A stretch of 64,000 nucleotides of DNA, taken from a virus. Under the pieces are notes generated by a model that was not told the DNA's origin, ran no database searches, and worked only from the letters and a program-made list of their open reading frames with translations. Below are positions 1-9,650 of the stretch, one piece after another; positions within the stretch are counted from its first letter, which is position 1, and each line of letters begins with the position of its first letter. The position numbers and the translations under genes were made by a program. The stretch covers positions 2,279 through 66,278 of IMG/VR virus record IMGVR_UViG_3300020157_000004; one strand, 5' to 3'.

Positions 1-3000
1 GAGAGCAGTTCCACCAATCGGTCCTGCAACTGTTCATAGTCTTGGACACGATCACGGAGCGACGGACCAGACTGGCGCAAGTAGTTGACGATCTTGTTGA
101 GCACGTCCATTGCAAACTTCGCCAGCTTTGCAAAAACAGTTGGGTTCTTCTTGGCCAGCTTCTCAAGCAAGGCCGGGTCTTCAAACGCCTCGCCCAGCAA
201 ATCCCCAACAACCTCCCCTGTGAGTTCTCCCTCCGAGATTGGAACTTTATTTGAGGCGTGGCGTCTCTTTACAGCATCAGTTAGTTTGCCCAGTTCGCCC
301 TCATTCAGTGCGTCCAGCAGCAATTTGCTGATAGCCTTAAATGTCTGTGGGTCGTGAACCTCAATCTCGTGGCCAAGTTCATGGCCAATGAAACGCATCG
401 CTGCGCTACCTTTGTGGTCAGAAACAAAGATGTATCCGGGTAGCTGAACCGCATTAAACAAAATGCTCCTCGGTTGGTTCACTAGCGCAATTCGCAAACC
501 GAATGCCGACTGCAAGGCGTCCTTCAACTCGGGCGTAAAACCTCCAAGGTGAGCCTGAACCAATGGGTCACTCAAGTTTGCCTTGGACGGGAACACCTCC
601 CTGCCTGATTCGAGCAGTGAGTTGAGTCTGGAAATAGCTTCAAGGTCCTCCGTCGTGATCGAAGAAAGCGGATCGCCAAATCGGACTGGATTCTTCGGCT
701 TGTAAACCTCCGGCTTGCCCATGTCGGCAAGGCTGAAACGGATTTCACCCGAACGCATGTTGCCGGTTATACTGTTTGGCAGCTTGCCTTCGATGTCTGG
801 CTGTCTCGGGGCGACCGGGGCGATAGTTTCAGGAGACGGTAAATTGTTTATCTTTCCGAATACATGCTCGTCACGAACACGGATCGGCTTATCCGCATCT
901 TTCGGGTTAATCTCCTTCAGAACCGGGTCGTAACACTCAACCTTGCCCTGATCGTTCACGCCCAAGTTTCGGGCGTTTACATCAATGGCCAGAACGATGT
1001 TGCCGTTGGGCAGACGATTCAAATAAACACTCTGGAAAACATCGCCACCGCCAGGAACCATCTTGGTTGTCTCAAGCCTTGTCCATCCGTTCGGCTTGGC
1101 CCATTCCTCCCATACTCTTTGCTGGGACGATTCCTCCGTCATCGGTTTGCCGCCAACCGACCACGCCTCTGTGGCCTGCTTGCCGGAACTTGGTTGCCGC
1201 ACGATGTATTTACCGTCCTCTGTAATTCCAACAAGCTGGGTCGGGGTCATTCCCGGAAGCTGGTTCATCAGCTTGATCCTCTGAAGGATCGGCATCACCG
1301 AACCACCTTCACCCGTATAGAACGCATCGCGAAGGCTATCATTAAACGTAAGAAGCTTGTAATGATCCTGAAGGGCAATCGGCTGATGGGTCAGCTTATA
1401 CACAAGCCCGTCGGCTAACACGGCCACCGATTCCGACCCTCTTCCAAGCAGCTTATTCTTGGGCGCGTAATCCGGACTGTTGCTCATCCAATCCCGAAAC
1501 GGCTGGCTAAACGTAAAAAGAATTTGGGCTGCTGCGGAATTGTTACCAAACACCTCCTCCATCTCCGGAGACTTACCGTTGTATTTGCCGTCATCAATAT
1601 CCAGATACGCTTGACGGGCTTTGTTTATAGCCTTGGTTATCTCCGATCTCAGATTCAGACCGGACAAGCTGTAATCTATTTTATTGCGGTCAAGGAATCC
1701 AGCCACATCTTCAAGGCTGCCAACCAATTCTACAACGTGTTCTATGAGATCATCTTTTGTGTCTTCTTTCCAAAGGCTCGGCCATGCGGCATCCGAAACT
1801 GCCCATAACAATTCGCCACCCTCCTTAATTATCGGTGAATCAACCGAATGAAGGAACAAGTCCTTAACCTTATTGTCCGGAATCAGCGGTATGTATTTCC
1901 TTAACTCAGCAATTCCAGACCTGATCTCCGGGTCGGATATGTGGTCAAGCGGGCTTGAGATATACCGTGCAATGTAGGCATCGGCCAGTATGGCTCTTGC
2001 GTCTTCCTCCGAGTATCTTCCCCATACGCCACCTTTTACAAGCTTGGCAAGCTTGCTGGTGTAATCCTCTCCAGGAGCGGATGTGCGAGACAAATTGTTT
2101 ACAATGCGAGTAAACGCTTCCTCTGCAATTGCAATCGCTCGTTCATTTGCTTTTCCAAGATTTCTCTTTGCGATGGTTTGGGCGCGTCCGGTGATTCCGG
2201 CCCCGGCATCCATGACCACGGCTGCCCCGGTTTGCCGGTCGATTCCGTTGTCTGTTGTTTTGATGGCTTCAGTTTCATAAGTCTTTGTCCTGATTTTACC
2301 GGTTCCACTTCTGCGGTCAGCATACTCCGCAATCAAAGCGGCCACCTGCGATTTCAGTTTCTCGTAGTCCTTGGCTTTGCCTTCAAGAGTTCCTCCGACC
2401 ACGTTCCGGAACGCATTGATGATCTTGGTGAGAATGCCCATCGCAATATCAGCAAGCTGCTTGAACAGTTCGGGTGACTTCTTGGCCAGCTTCGACCAAA
2501 AGCCCGGATCACGCCCAAGCTTGCGAAGCAATTCCGCAGCGGCTTCCGTTCTCACGTTAATATTATCCGCTGTCGGTTCTACACCGCCTTCAAACTTAAA
2601 CAGGATGCTCGCCTGCTTGGCCAATTCCGCATCCCAAACCCCCTCCTTTAGCCCCTCCTTCAGAACCTTGAACAGCTTCAGCAGCAGATCGGGGTGGTGG
2701 ATTGCCATTTCGTGAGCAACCTCGTGCAGGAACAACGGAAGCGTGTCCTGATTTACAGGCGTGTGGTCCGATATGAAGACGTATCCGGGAATGGAGTGAA
2801 TACCCTCAAACAGGATTCTTCCCTTTTGGTTCACGAAGACGATCCGAACACCCAAAGCCTTCTCTATCGCATCCTTTATTTCAGGCGTAATCCCCAAGCG
2901 CTCCTGCTCGGCGGGGTCATGCAAATTCACCTCGGACGGATCGACCCTGTATCCCTTTAAGTTCTCCGATCCACTTCCGGTGAGAGTGGTCAGATGATCC

Positions 3001-6000
3001 TTTAGTTTGTAGTCGAGATCAACGACAGCACCGAAGTCCTCTTCCGTAATCAACGAAAGGGAATCTCCGACCGGGACTGGATTCTTCGGCGTGTAAACCT
3101 CTGGCTTGCCGGAAGCCAGCGAGAACTTTACAGCCCCTTTGGTCGGCGAAGATTCACCCTTACCTGCGGTTGTTTGAACGGTCGGTTGGACGGCTCCGGA
3201 ATTACCGGGGCGACCGGGGTTTGGCGTGCCGGGCGACCCAGCAGCCTGCCCTCGAACTGGGTCAACCGCTGACCTATTCCCGACGCTATCCGATCCGATA
3301 ACGCCCGATTCTCGGCTTGTGTTCTCATTGTTGTATTCCTGAATTGTTTCTTTGACGAAGTCCACCATCTGCCCAGCAAACACTTTGGCTTCACGCATGG
3401 CTTGCGCGTGGCTCAGGGCCAGCTTCCCCTTGGCTGCTACATGCGCCATGAATTCCATCGCCATCGGCATGATTCGTTCCTGATGGAATGACAGCCAGTC
3501 AGCCGCATCGAGTTCCACTCCGCTTGCGGACTCGGCTTCCAGCCATTTCAAGACCTGATCCCTGATGCTGTGCTGTTCAAGGAATTCTTGGGCGGTCTGT
3601 GAAATGTAAACCCCTTGGTCAACTTCAGCTCCGCCTCCAGAAGTCAGCTTGCTCTGTGGTGCCTCTGAGTTCGGAACTTCGGCCAGCACGTTGTCACCCT
3701 CGCTGGCAACCTTGCTGTCGGCTGCTTCATTAAGCCCCTCCGATTTACTACCGGCCCGATCCTCACGCGCGGATGCGTCGTCAACAATTGTGTCAACGTC
3801 ATCCTGAGACAGCTTGCCTCCCTGTTCGGGAAGGAGTTGCTTGCTGCCTTTGTTCGTGCGGAGGACATACTCCGGAGTCCAATTGCTATTGGTCAGCAAT
3901 ACAGACAACGGGATCGGATTGCTGCCAGGAATCTGAGTCCACGCCGTCCGGCCAGCACCCTTGGCCGGGGTTTTGGCAACCGGCTTCTTGTCGGGAAACG
4001 GTATGACTCCGGTGGGCTTCTCTTTTGCGCCCTTAACACTGGCGGTGGAACCGTAAACCGGGACCACGATGAACTGTTTCTCACCACCCACAACCCGGCT
4101 AAGGATCAAATGCTTTCGGGTTGAGCGACCCATCACCCCGGTCTCGTTGGTGGCTCCAAGCAAAAGCTTCTTGGCCAACTCTGCGTTGGAAATATCCCAC
4201 TCACCCCATGCAGGCTCATCTTGGCCATCGCCAACTTCACCCGCAACCTCCGCCACCCTTTGAACAGCTTTGGCTTTGACGTAGGTGGCCTGCTCTTTGG
4301 TGGCCTTCTCGGCTTTCAGCCCGGCGATCATGGCCTGAACGGACTTGATGTATCCAGCCTGCCCCTTTACAGCGGCCATCTCGGTCCTGTTATTGGCAAT
4401 CAGACGCTTCTGGTGGGGGCTTAGGTCGTGCCCGGCAAATGCCAAAGCCAAAGCCTGTTCCACTTTCTTTGGTCCGGGGCGATCTCCGATTAACTGTTCG
4501 AGCTGGCTGATCCGATCGACAAGCGACCTCGCTTCAGCCTGATTCTCACCGTGATCGAGCAGGCTAATTACAGTGTCCGCTGAAGAATTAACCACCGCAC
4601 CCGGCGTTCCGGTAGGTTCCTGTGGCTTTCGTCCGGTAATAGAAGCCGCAGGCGCGGACCCTACAGAATTCGCTGGAGCCTCCGGGGCTGAACCTGATGC
4701 GGTGGAAACTGGTTTGGATTGGGCTGGCTTCCTCTTCGCCCCTGTCTCGATGGCGGCGGGGGTGGGTTTGGATGGATTCGTCTTTATCGGCTGAACCCTG
4801 TCACGGTAAGCCACTGCTTCGACTCTTGTCGAAAAGTAAGGGGCAAATCCAATCACCCTGAAATACGGTTTCCCAGTTGACTCTTCCTTGTATTCTCTAA
4901 TGGGATGGTGTTCATCACGGATAGATTTTAATGTCTCCTCGGTTTTCGCTTCGGCAGCATCCGCTTCCTCGTTACGTCGCCGCTCGTCTTGCTCTCGCTC
5001 TGCCGCGTGTTTAGCTGCCAGTGCATCTGCCCGCTTTGCCTCGATAGCAAGCATCGCGTCGATGTCGGCCTTGTCAGCACCGTTCTTGGCAAGCCAGTCA
5101 ATCATTTGCCTTCCGCTTCGATACAACTGAGGGCTGATGCCGGACAAATCGTTGATCTTCGATCCTCCAACCGAGGCAAACCAAACTGCAACATTGTGCT
5201 TGGGAATCTCCACACCCTTAGCAATTAGAATCTTGTGAAACTTATCTAGTAATTCAGAATTAGCCGCGAATTCGGCAGGAGTCAGCGATGCTGCCCCTGT
5301 CTCGGCGGTGGGGGGCTTGGCTGGAGCTGGAGCTGACGGAGCAGCCCTGCGAAGCACTGGAGCCTTTACCGAAGTTGTTTCTCCTGGGCGATTCCCGATT
5401 TTTTCACGGGACGGTGTTGATCCAGTCCCCGGAACCGTCGTCGCGGTGGTTTTATTTTCCGGAGAAATTACAGCGGGCTGGCTGCTCGCGGTGGGGGCCG
5501 ATCGTTCGCCTGGATTCTGCTGACTGTTTAGCCACACCTCGGGGTGGATGAGTTCATCCAACTCTTGAGCCGTTGCCGCCGCCTTGTCGTGCGTTTGCTT
5601 GGCCAGCCTCATCTTGTTGGCAAGCTCGGAGACATCAGCTTTGGAAGCTTTAGCCGCCTTGGCGGAAACCGGCTGAGCTGCCACCGGCAAATCTCCTTTC
5701 AGACCACCAAAGTCCAAATCCCGGTTGGAGGCGTGGAGTTCGGCCACCGCTTTGGGATTGCTGATCTTGGCGTTGTTGGCGGCGTCCAGCGATTCCCTCT
5801 CGGACAATCCGCTTTTACCGTAAACAGCGGGGTCTTCCGGAAATTGCTTTGCCTCGTAACCGAACTTCCCGCCGATCCGTTTGAACTCGCTCAGGATGTG
5901 CGCCCGAAGTTGTTCACCGATGGAAACGCCAGCGGGAAGAACAGAGTCCAGTTGCTCTGCAAACCGGGCGGCTGTTAGATCATCAACCCCCTGCGTGGTC

Positions 6001-7361
6001 AGTATCTTTGAGATGCCCCTGGCTCTTCCGGGAAGGCTTTCCGCCGCTGTAAATGGCGTCGTGGTGGGCGGAGGCGTGTCTGACCCCGGCTTGTTCTTGA
6101 AGTCGAAACTTGGACCCTTCCAGTCGGACGGCTTGGTGATCGGCTTGGTGTTGGAGAACAATCCCGGTATCGAGAAACCAAGATTGGAACCAGCAATCTC
6201 AACCAACCGTCGCTTGAACTCGCGAGGGTCTTCCTGTGAAAGCCTGTAAAGTTCCGGCGATTCAGCAACCGCCATCGTCGTGTCAAGCACAGCTTGATTG
6301 ACCCCGAAGTGGATCGCCTTCTGGGCCGACGAACTTTCAAGCTGCGTCACGCCCTCTTCGAGACCGGCTTTAATCAGCTTGGTGGAGAGCACATGCGACA
6401 GCTCACCCACCTTCGGGATGATAGCGCCAACCGCTGCCCCCTTTGGATTGAAGTTGCCATCTTCATCCGCTCCGAAAGTAAGCCCTGTTCCCAAAGCCTC
6501 CGCAACCCTTCCGGGTCCGATCGCTGCGCCCATGCGTTTCGCGACCAGAATCTTTGCAACCGCATCCGCCGCCCCAAGAGACATCTTGGCCAGCGTGCTT
6601 TTCCAGCCAAAATCCCCGTCCTGTTTCTCCTCTTCGGCTGCGCTTTCAATGGCAGCATCAACCGGCATCTTTTCCGTGCCGTGCGCCGACCGCATGTTCC
6701 CGCCACCCTCCGGGTAATCAATCGCGGCAGCCGCAGTGTCAGCCAAAACCGCCTTAGCCCATCGACCGGCTTCATTACCAACTCTACCGGGGATGGCCAG
6801 AGCTTTGGGAACCCACTCCAGCGGCGTGTCATTCAGCCCGCCTTTTATGGCATGATCCACCCGCTTGTTCTCGGTGTCCTGCGCCAGTATCTCAAGGCCC
6901 ACCGGCAACTTCTTGTCCGCAAAGTATGCCGTTGATCCGTCTCCGGTTTCGTTGGGCCTGGCATTTACAGGAACATCACCCTGGCCGAAGTATTCGTCAG
7001 GGAACTGAATCTTTCTGATCTGCTTCTCCGTGTAAGGCAGCGTGTAATTTGGAGTGATGTCACCAGTGTCATACTGCCGAGCCTCTGATGGTGATAATCC
7101 TCCGGGATCACCAGCGCCAAGCGCGTCCGAAATGAAAGCTCTGGTTGCTGAAGGATGGAGGCTGCTGTCGCTTTCCAGTCGCCGGGCCATCTCGCCCTGA
7201 AGCTCACGGCGCTTTGGAAGATTCTCGAAGTCATAGGAAAAGTCCGGGTCTTGCAGGAACTCCGGATAATTTTCCCCGATGTGTTGCGTCAGGTCGTTCT
7301 GACTCATCGAGGAGAACTGATCGCCCTGTCCCCGGAAGTAATCTAAGACCCCGTTCGCCAT
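1..7361 (-). CDS. Giant polyvalent/ejection-type virion protein, N-terminal part (runs off window; 2 zincin HExxH domains plus a kinase-like domain)
   Basis: ATG at 7361 (MANGVLDYFRGQGDQF...). Segments translated by hand in this frame are open down to base 1 (...RDRVQDYEQLQDRLVELL). The track has no ORF ending in this frame, consistent with no stop. Motifs: HEVAH (2726-2712), HELGH (383-369), LGRGSES..VYKL / DVNARN / YDP (about 1450-920). Confidence 0.85.
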   Translation of the reverse strand, partial: MANGVLDYFRGQGDQFSSMSQNDLTQHIGENYPEFLQDPDFSYDFENLPKRRELQGEMARRLESDSSLHPSATRAFISDALGAGDPGGLSPSEARQYDTGDITPNYTLPYTEKQIRKIQFPDEYFGQGDVPVNARPNETGDGSTAYFADKKLPVGLEILAQDTENKRVDHAIKGGLNDTPLEWVPKALAIPGRVGNEAGRWAKAVLADTAAAAIDYPEGGGNMRSAHGTEKMPVDAAIESAAEEEKQDGDFGWKSTLAKMSLGAADAVAKILVAKRMGAAIGPGRVAEALGTGLTFGADEDGNFNPKGAAVGAIIPKVGELSHVLSTKLIKAGLEEGVTQLESSSAQKAIHFGVNQAVLDTTMAVAESPELYRLSQEDPREFKRRLVEIAGSNLGFSIPGLFSNTKPITKPSDWKGPSFDFKNKPGSDTPPPTTTPFTAAESLPGRARGISKILTTQGVDDLTAARFAEQLDSVLPAGVSIGEQLRAHILSEFKRIGGKFGYEAKQFPEDPAVYGKSGLSERESLDAANNAKISNPKAVAELHASNRDLDFGGLKGDLPVAAQPVSAKAAKASKADVSELANKMRLAKQTHDKAAATAQELDELIHPEVWLNSQQNPGERSAPTASSQPAVISPENKTTATTVPGTGSTPSREKIGNRPGETTSVKAPVLRRAAPSAPAPAKPPTAETGAASLTPAEFAANSELLDKFHKILIAKGVEIPKHNVAVWFASVGGSKINDLSGISPQLYRSGRQMIDWLAKNGADKADIDAMLAIEAKRADALAAKHAAEREQDERRRNEEADAAEAKTEETLKSIRDEHHPIREYKEESTGKPYFRVIGFAPYFSTRVEAVAYRDRVQPIKTNPSKPTPAAIETGAKRKPAQSKPVSTASGSAPEAPANSVGSAPAASITGRKPQEPTGTPGAVVNSSADTVISLLDHGENQAEARSLVDRISQLEQLIGDRPGPKKVEQALALAFAGHDLSPHQKRLIANNRTEMAAVKGQAGYIKSVQAMIAGLKAEKATKEQATYVKAKAVQRVAEVAGEVGDGQDEPAWGEWDISNAELAKKLLLGATNETGVMGRSTRKHLILSRVVGGEKQFIVVPVYGSTASVKGAKEKPTGVIPFPDKKPVAKTPAKGAGRTAWTQIPGSNPIPLSVLLTNSNWTPEYVLRTNKGSKQLLPEQGGKLSQDDVDTIVDDASAREDRAGSKSEGLNEAADSKVASEGDNVLAEVPNSEAPQSKLTSGGGAEVDQGVYISQTAQEFLEQHSIRDQVLKWLEAESASGVELDAADWLSFHQERIMPMAMEFMAHVAAKGKLALSHAQAMREAKVFAGQMVDFVKETIQEYNNENTSRESGVIGSDSVGNRSAVDPVRGQAAGSPGTPNPGRPGNSGAVQPTVQTTAGKGESSPTKGAVKFSLASGKPEVYTPKNPVPVGDSLSLITEEDFGAVVDLDYKLKDHLTTLTGSGSENLKGYRVDPSEVNLHDPAEQERLGITPEIKDAIEKALGVRIVFVNQKGRILFEGIHSIPGYVFISDHTPVNQDTLPLFLHEVAHEMAIHHPDLLLKLFKVLKEGLKEGVWDAELAKQASILFKFEGGVEPTADNINVRTEAAAELLRKLGRDPGFWSKLAKKSPELFKQLADIAMGILTKIINAFRNVVGGTLEGKAKDYEKLKSQVAALIAEYADRRSGTGKIRTKTYETEAIKTTDNGIDRQTGAAVVMDAGAGITGRAQTIAKRNLGKANERAIAIAEEAFTRIVNNLSRTSAPGEDYTSKLAKLVKGGVWGRYSEEDARAILADAYIARYISSPLDHISDPEIRSGIAELRKYIPLIPDNKVKDLFLHSVDSPIIKEGGELLWAVSDAAWPSLWKEDTKDDLIEHVVELVGSLEDVAGFLDRNKIDYSLSGLNLRSEITKAINKARQAYLDIDDGKYNGKSPEMEEVFGNNSAAAQILFTFSQPFRDWMSNSPDYAPKNKLLGRGSESVAVLADGLVYKLTHQPIALQDHYKLLTFNDSLRDAFYTGEGGSVMPILQRIKLMNQLPGMTPTQLVGITEDGKYIVRQPSSGKQATEAWSVGGKPMTEESSQQRVWEEWAKPNGWTRLETTKMVPGGGDVFQSVYLNRLPNGNIVLAIDVNARNLGVNDQGKVECYDPVLKEINPKDADKPIRVRDEHVFGKINNLPSPETIAPVAPRQPDIEGKLPNSITGNMRSGEIRFSLADMGKPEVYKPKNPVRFGDPLSSITTEDLEAISRLNSLLESGREVFPSKANLSDPLVQAHLGGFTPELKDALQSAFGLRIALVNQPRSILFNAVQLPGYIFVSDHKGSAAMRFIGHELGHEIEVHDPQTFKAISKLLLDALNEGELGKLTDAVKRRHASNKVPISEGELTGEVVGDLLGEAFEDPALLEKLAKKNPTVFAKLAKFAMDVLNKIVNYLRQSGPSLRDRVQDYEQLQDRLVELL
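683..3110. repeat. 37-bp direct repeat pair (683-719 and 3074-3110) marking an internal domain duplication
   Basis: GGACTGGATTCTTCGGCtTGTAAACCTCcGGCTTGCC vs GGACTGGATTCTTCGGCgTGTAAACCTCtGGCTTGCC: 35/37 identical, offset 2391 nt (in frame), both encoding GKPEVYxPKNPV. Confidence 0.9.
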
Positions 7362-7370
7362 AATTGGTGT

Positions 7371-8390
7371 TCAGTTGTTTTTCTCACTCCAGTTAAGATA
7401 GCCGTCGAAGCTTGGCGGTCTCGGTCCCGCTCCATTTGGGGCGACATTTCGGTTGGCGGCGCGTTCTTGGGCAAGGATTGATTGGATCGGAACTCCCGAG
7501 TCTTGGCTGCCCGTGTTGGACACGCCAAACCGTCTTCCATACTTATAGATCGACCCATCGGGACCGTGATGGAATCCAGACTTGCCGAAGCTCTTTACCA
7601 TATCAGCCTCTTCATCAATGGCCGCCTGTAACTGCCGTGAAAGCTGATTGGATTTATGGGTCGTCGCGTAGATGTCGTCATTGTAACGCCTAGCCGCCAA
7701 GGCGTTCTCCCGGTTTGCGGTGTCTGCGGGACTGCCTTCAAGCGCGAGCTTGTCCTTGATCGGCACATACCCATCAAGCGAATTGGTTTTGTCGTCCCAC
7801 TTCACAGCCCCGTTCGAGTCAGCCTTGGCGTGGATCGAATGAACAAGAGCCGCATGGTCATCAAGGCTGGCTTGCAGTTGCTCTTTGCGAGCTTTCAGGG
7901 CTTGCAGTTGTTGACTGAAAGAATCAGCAATTTCCTGGTCTCCGGAACCATCGTCATACTTGGATGCAGCCCTTTGGTTTTGCCCGGACTGACGAAGCTG
8001 CTCCTGTGATAATCGGCCATCGGAATTGATGCCCGCAACATTTTCGCGCCCCTCAAGCTTCCTCTTCTCGTTGTCAATGAAGTCCTGCTGCTTCCGGTCA
8101 GCCAGGTCAGACTGATAGTCGAAATTGCGTGAGGCCAGATCGTCAGATCTTAGGTTATGGGCGTTGTCATTGTTTATCTTCGCCGCATAGTTGCGGGCGT
8201 TTGCCTCCGCAGCAAGCCGATCGTTATACATCTTGATCGCGTTCTGCTCTGCTCCCTCCGCGCCACCGTAGTCGTTGCCGTAAAACGGAAGGAATACAGT
8301 GCTGCCATCATTATTGGATTGCGGCCTGCTCCCGTAGTAATCGGTAAGCACTGGATTCCATCGGGCCGATTCCTGCGCTTGCGGTGTCAT
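7371..8390 (-). CDS. Putative internal virion (ejection) protein
   Basis: 339 aa, Q/N/A/D-rich helical/coiled-coil character; lies between tail nozzle and giant protein as podovirus ejection genes do. Confidence 0.55.
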   Translation of the reverse strand: MTPQAQESARWNPVLTDYYGSRPQSNNDGSTVFLPFYGNDYGGAEGAEQNAIKMYNDRLAAEANARNYAAKINNDNAHNLRSDDLASRNFDYQSDLADRKQQDFIDNEKRKLEGRENVAGINSDGRLSQEQLRQSGQNQRAASKYDDGSGDQEIADSFSQQLQALKARKEQLQASLDDHAALVHSIHAKADSNGAVKWDDKTNSLDGYVPIKDKLALEGSPADTANRENALAARRYNDDIYATTHKSNQLSRQLQAAIDEEADMVKSFGKSGFHHGPDGSIYKYGRRFGVSNTGSQDSGVPIQSILAQERAANRNVAPNGAGPRPPSFDGYLNWSEKNN

Positions 8391-8408
8391 AAGGTTTGGG
8401 TTGCTGTG

Positions 8409-9317
8409 TTAGTTGGAGCCACCCATGTAATTGGATTGAGTGGTGGCGGATGCCTGATTGTTTTGAACGGTTTGAGTCGGGTCGATGCCGGGGTGTTTTG
8501 CGATCCCGTAGAAGGTGTTGGTGAGATTCTGGCTGCCCAGTTGACCCAGCGATGACGACAATCCGGCCAGCATTTTCTGCCGCTCCGTTACCCCAAGCAG
8601 GTTCGCCTGTGATGGAATGAGGGCTAGGTTCTGCCGCTGACCAACCGATCCGAGTTTCGATTGGGTGATGAAGTTCTGGTCGGCCCGCTCCTGCTCAGCG
8701 TCATCCATAGCCGCCTTGGCGTTGATGTCAGCCGCCTTGCTCAAGGCAAGACCCTGCATGTAGGAACCAGTTCCAAGCGCACGACCACCACCACCCATTG
8801 TAAGCTGGTTGGATGAGAGCATACGCTTTGAGTCCCCCAGCGATCGTTGAACCACTTGACCAAGCGCCTGCGCCCGGTGATTGCGAATCGTGGCAAGCAT
8901 GTCGCTTAACCCGTTGCCGGATACAAAATCAATGTTTCCAGTATCCGATCCCGTGGCACGGTTAATCGCTGGCGTGGCCTCATCCACTGCACCTGAATAC
9001 TTCGCCAGTGAATCTTGGTTGGCCTTCCCAAGTTCGTCGAAGCTCTTAAAGAGTCCTCCCAGCCGGTCGTCAACCGCCTTTGATTTTACGTTGGAGATCG
9101 TCCCGAAAGGGTTGTTTGGTCCGCTGGCCCCTCCGACTGCGGATACCGCATACGGGTCTTCAACTGGTGCCACCGCCTTTTTCTCCCCCCACGGATGCAG
9201 TAATCCGCCAGAGTAGTTACCAGCGAGAGCATCTGATTGTGAAACATGCTCACCCTTTGCGTTTCGATACACCCCAGTATTGGTGTCCCATGTCAGGTAA
9301 GGAGGGGTTTTTGGCAT
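8409..9317 (-). CDS. Putative internal virion (ejection/DNA transfer) protein
   Basis: 302 aa, Gly/Ala/Gln/Ser-rich; synteny with podovirus DNA-transfer genes. Confidence 0.55.
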   Translation of the reverse strand: MPKTPPYLTWDTNTGVYRNAKGEHVSQSDALAGNYSGGLLHPWGEKKAVAPVEDPYAVSAVGGASGPNNPFGTISNVKSKAVDDRLGGLFKSFDELGKANQDSLAKYSGAVDEATPAINRATGSDTGNIDFVSGNGLSDMLATIRNHRAQALGQVVQRSLGDSKRMLSSNQLTMGGGGRALGTGSYMQGLALSKAADINAKAAMDDAEQERADQNFITQSKLGSVGQRQNLALIPSQANLLGVTERQKMLAGLSSSLGQLGSQNLTNTFYGIAKHPGIDPTQTVQNNQASATTQSNYMGGSN

Positions 9318-9392
9318 ATTATCTTAGGTTCGTTTGGGCTAGGCTGTAACGATGTAAAATGGGAGCACCACCATGCCCGTAATGTCAATGGA

Positions 9393-9647
9393 TTAGGTTG
9401 CTGTTCTTGTGGAAGCGTTGGTCACAGCGCCGAGCCGCAGCGAGTTCAGGGTTGATCCAAGGTTGTTCTGAACCTGCACCCGCCACTGCTCCATCTGCTT
9501 GTCGTGCCACTCCCCGTAAGCTGTCAGTGATGGGTAGTTGCTTCTGAACCACTCAGCCGAGCTTGGCATCTGCGGGAGAACCAGCGTGGTTGAGGAGTTT
9601 ACAGTTACGGCTAGCCGGTTGATTGCCTCCAAGCTGTCTCTTGCCAT
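9393..9647 (-). CDS. Hypothetical virion-module protein
   Basis: 84 aa ATG ORF starting 4 nt after the stop of the 672-aa gene. Confidence 0.6.
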   Translation of the reverse strand: MARDSLEAINRLAVTVNSSTTLVLPQMPSSAEWFRSNYPSLTAYGEWHDKQMEQWRVQVQNNLGSTLNSLRLGAVTNASTRTAT

Positions 9648-9650
9648 AGG

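Noticed and set aside
42-7363. Many plus-strand ORFs of 60-213 aa in the track
   Set aside because: Antisense shadows of the giant minus-strand ORF; no RBS or motifs.
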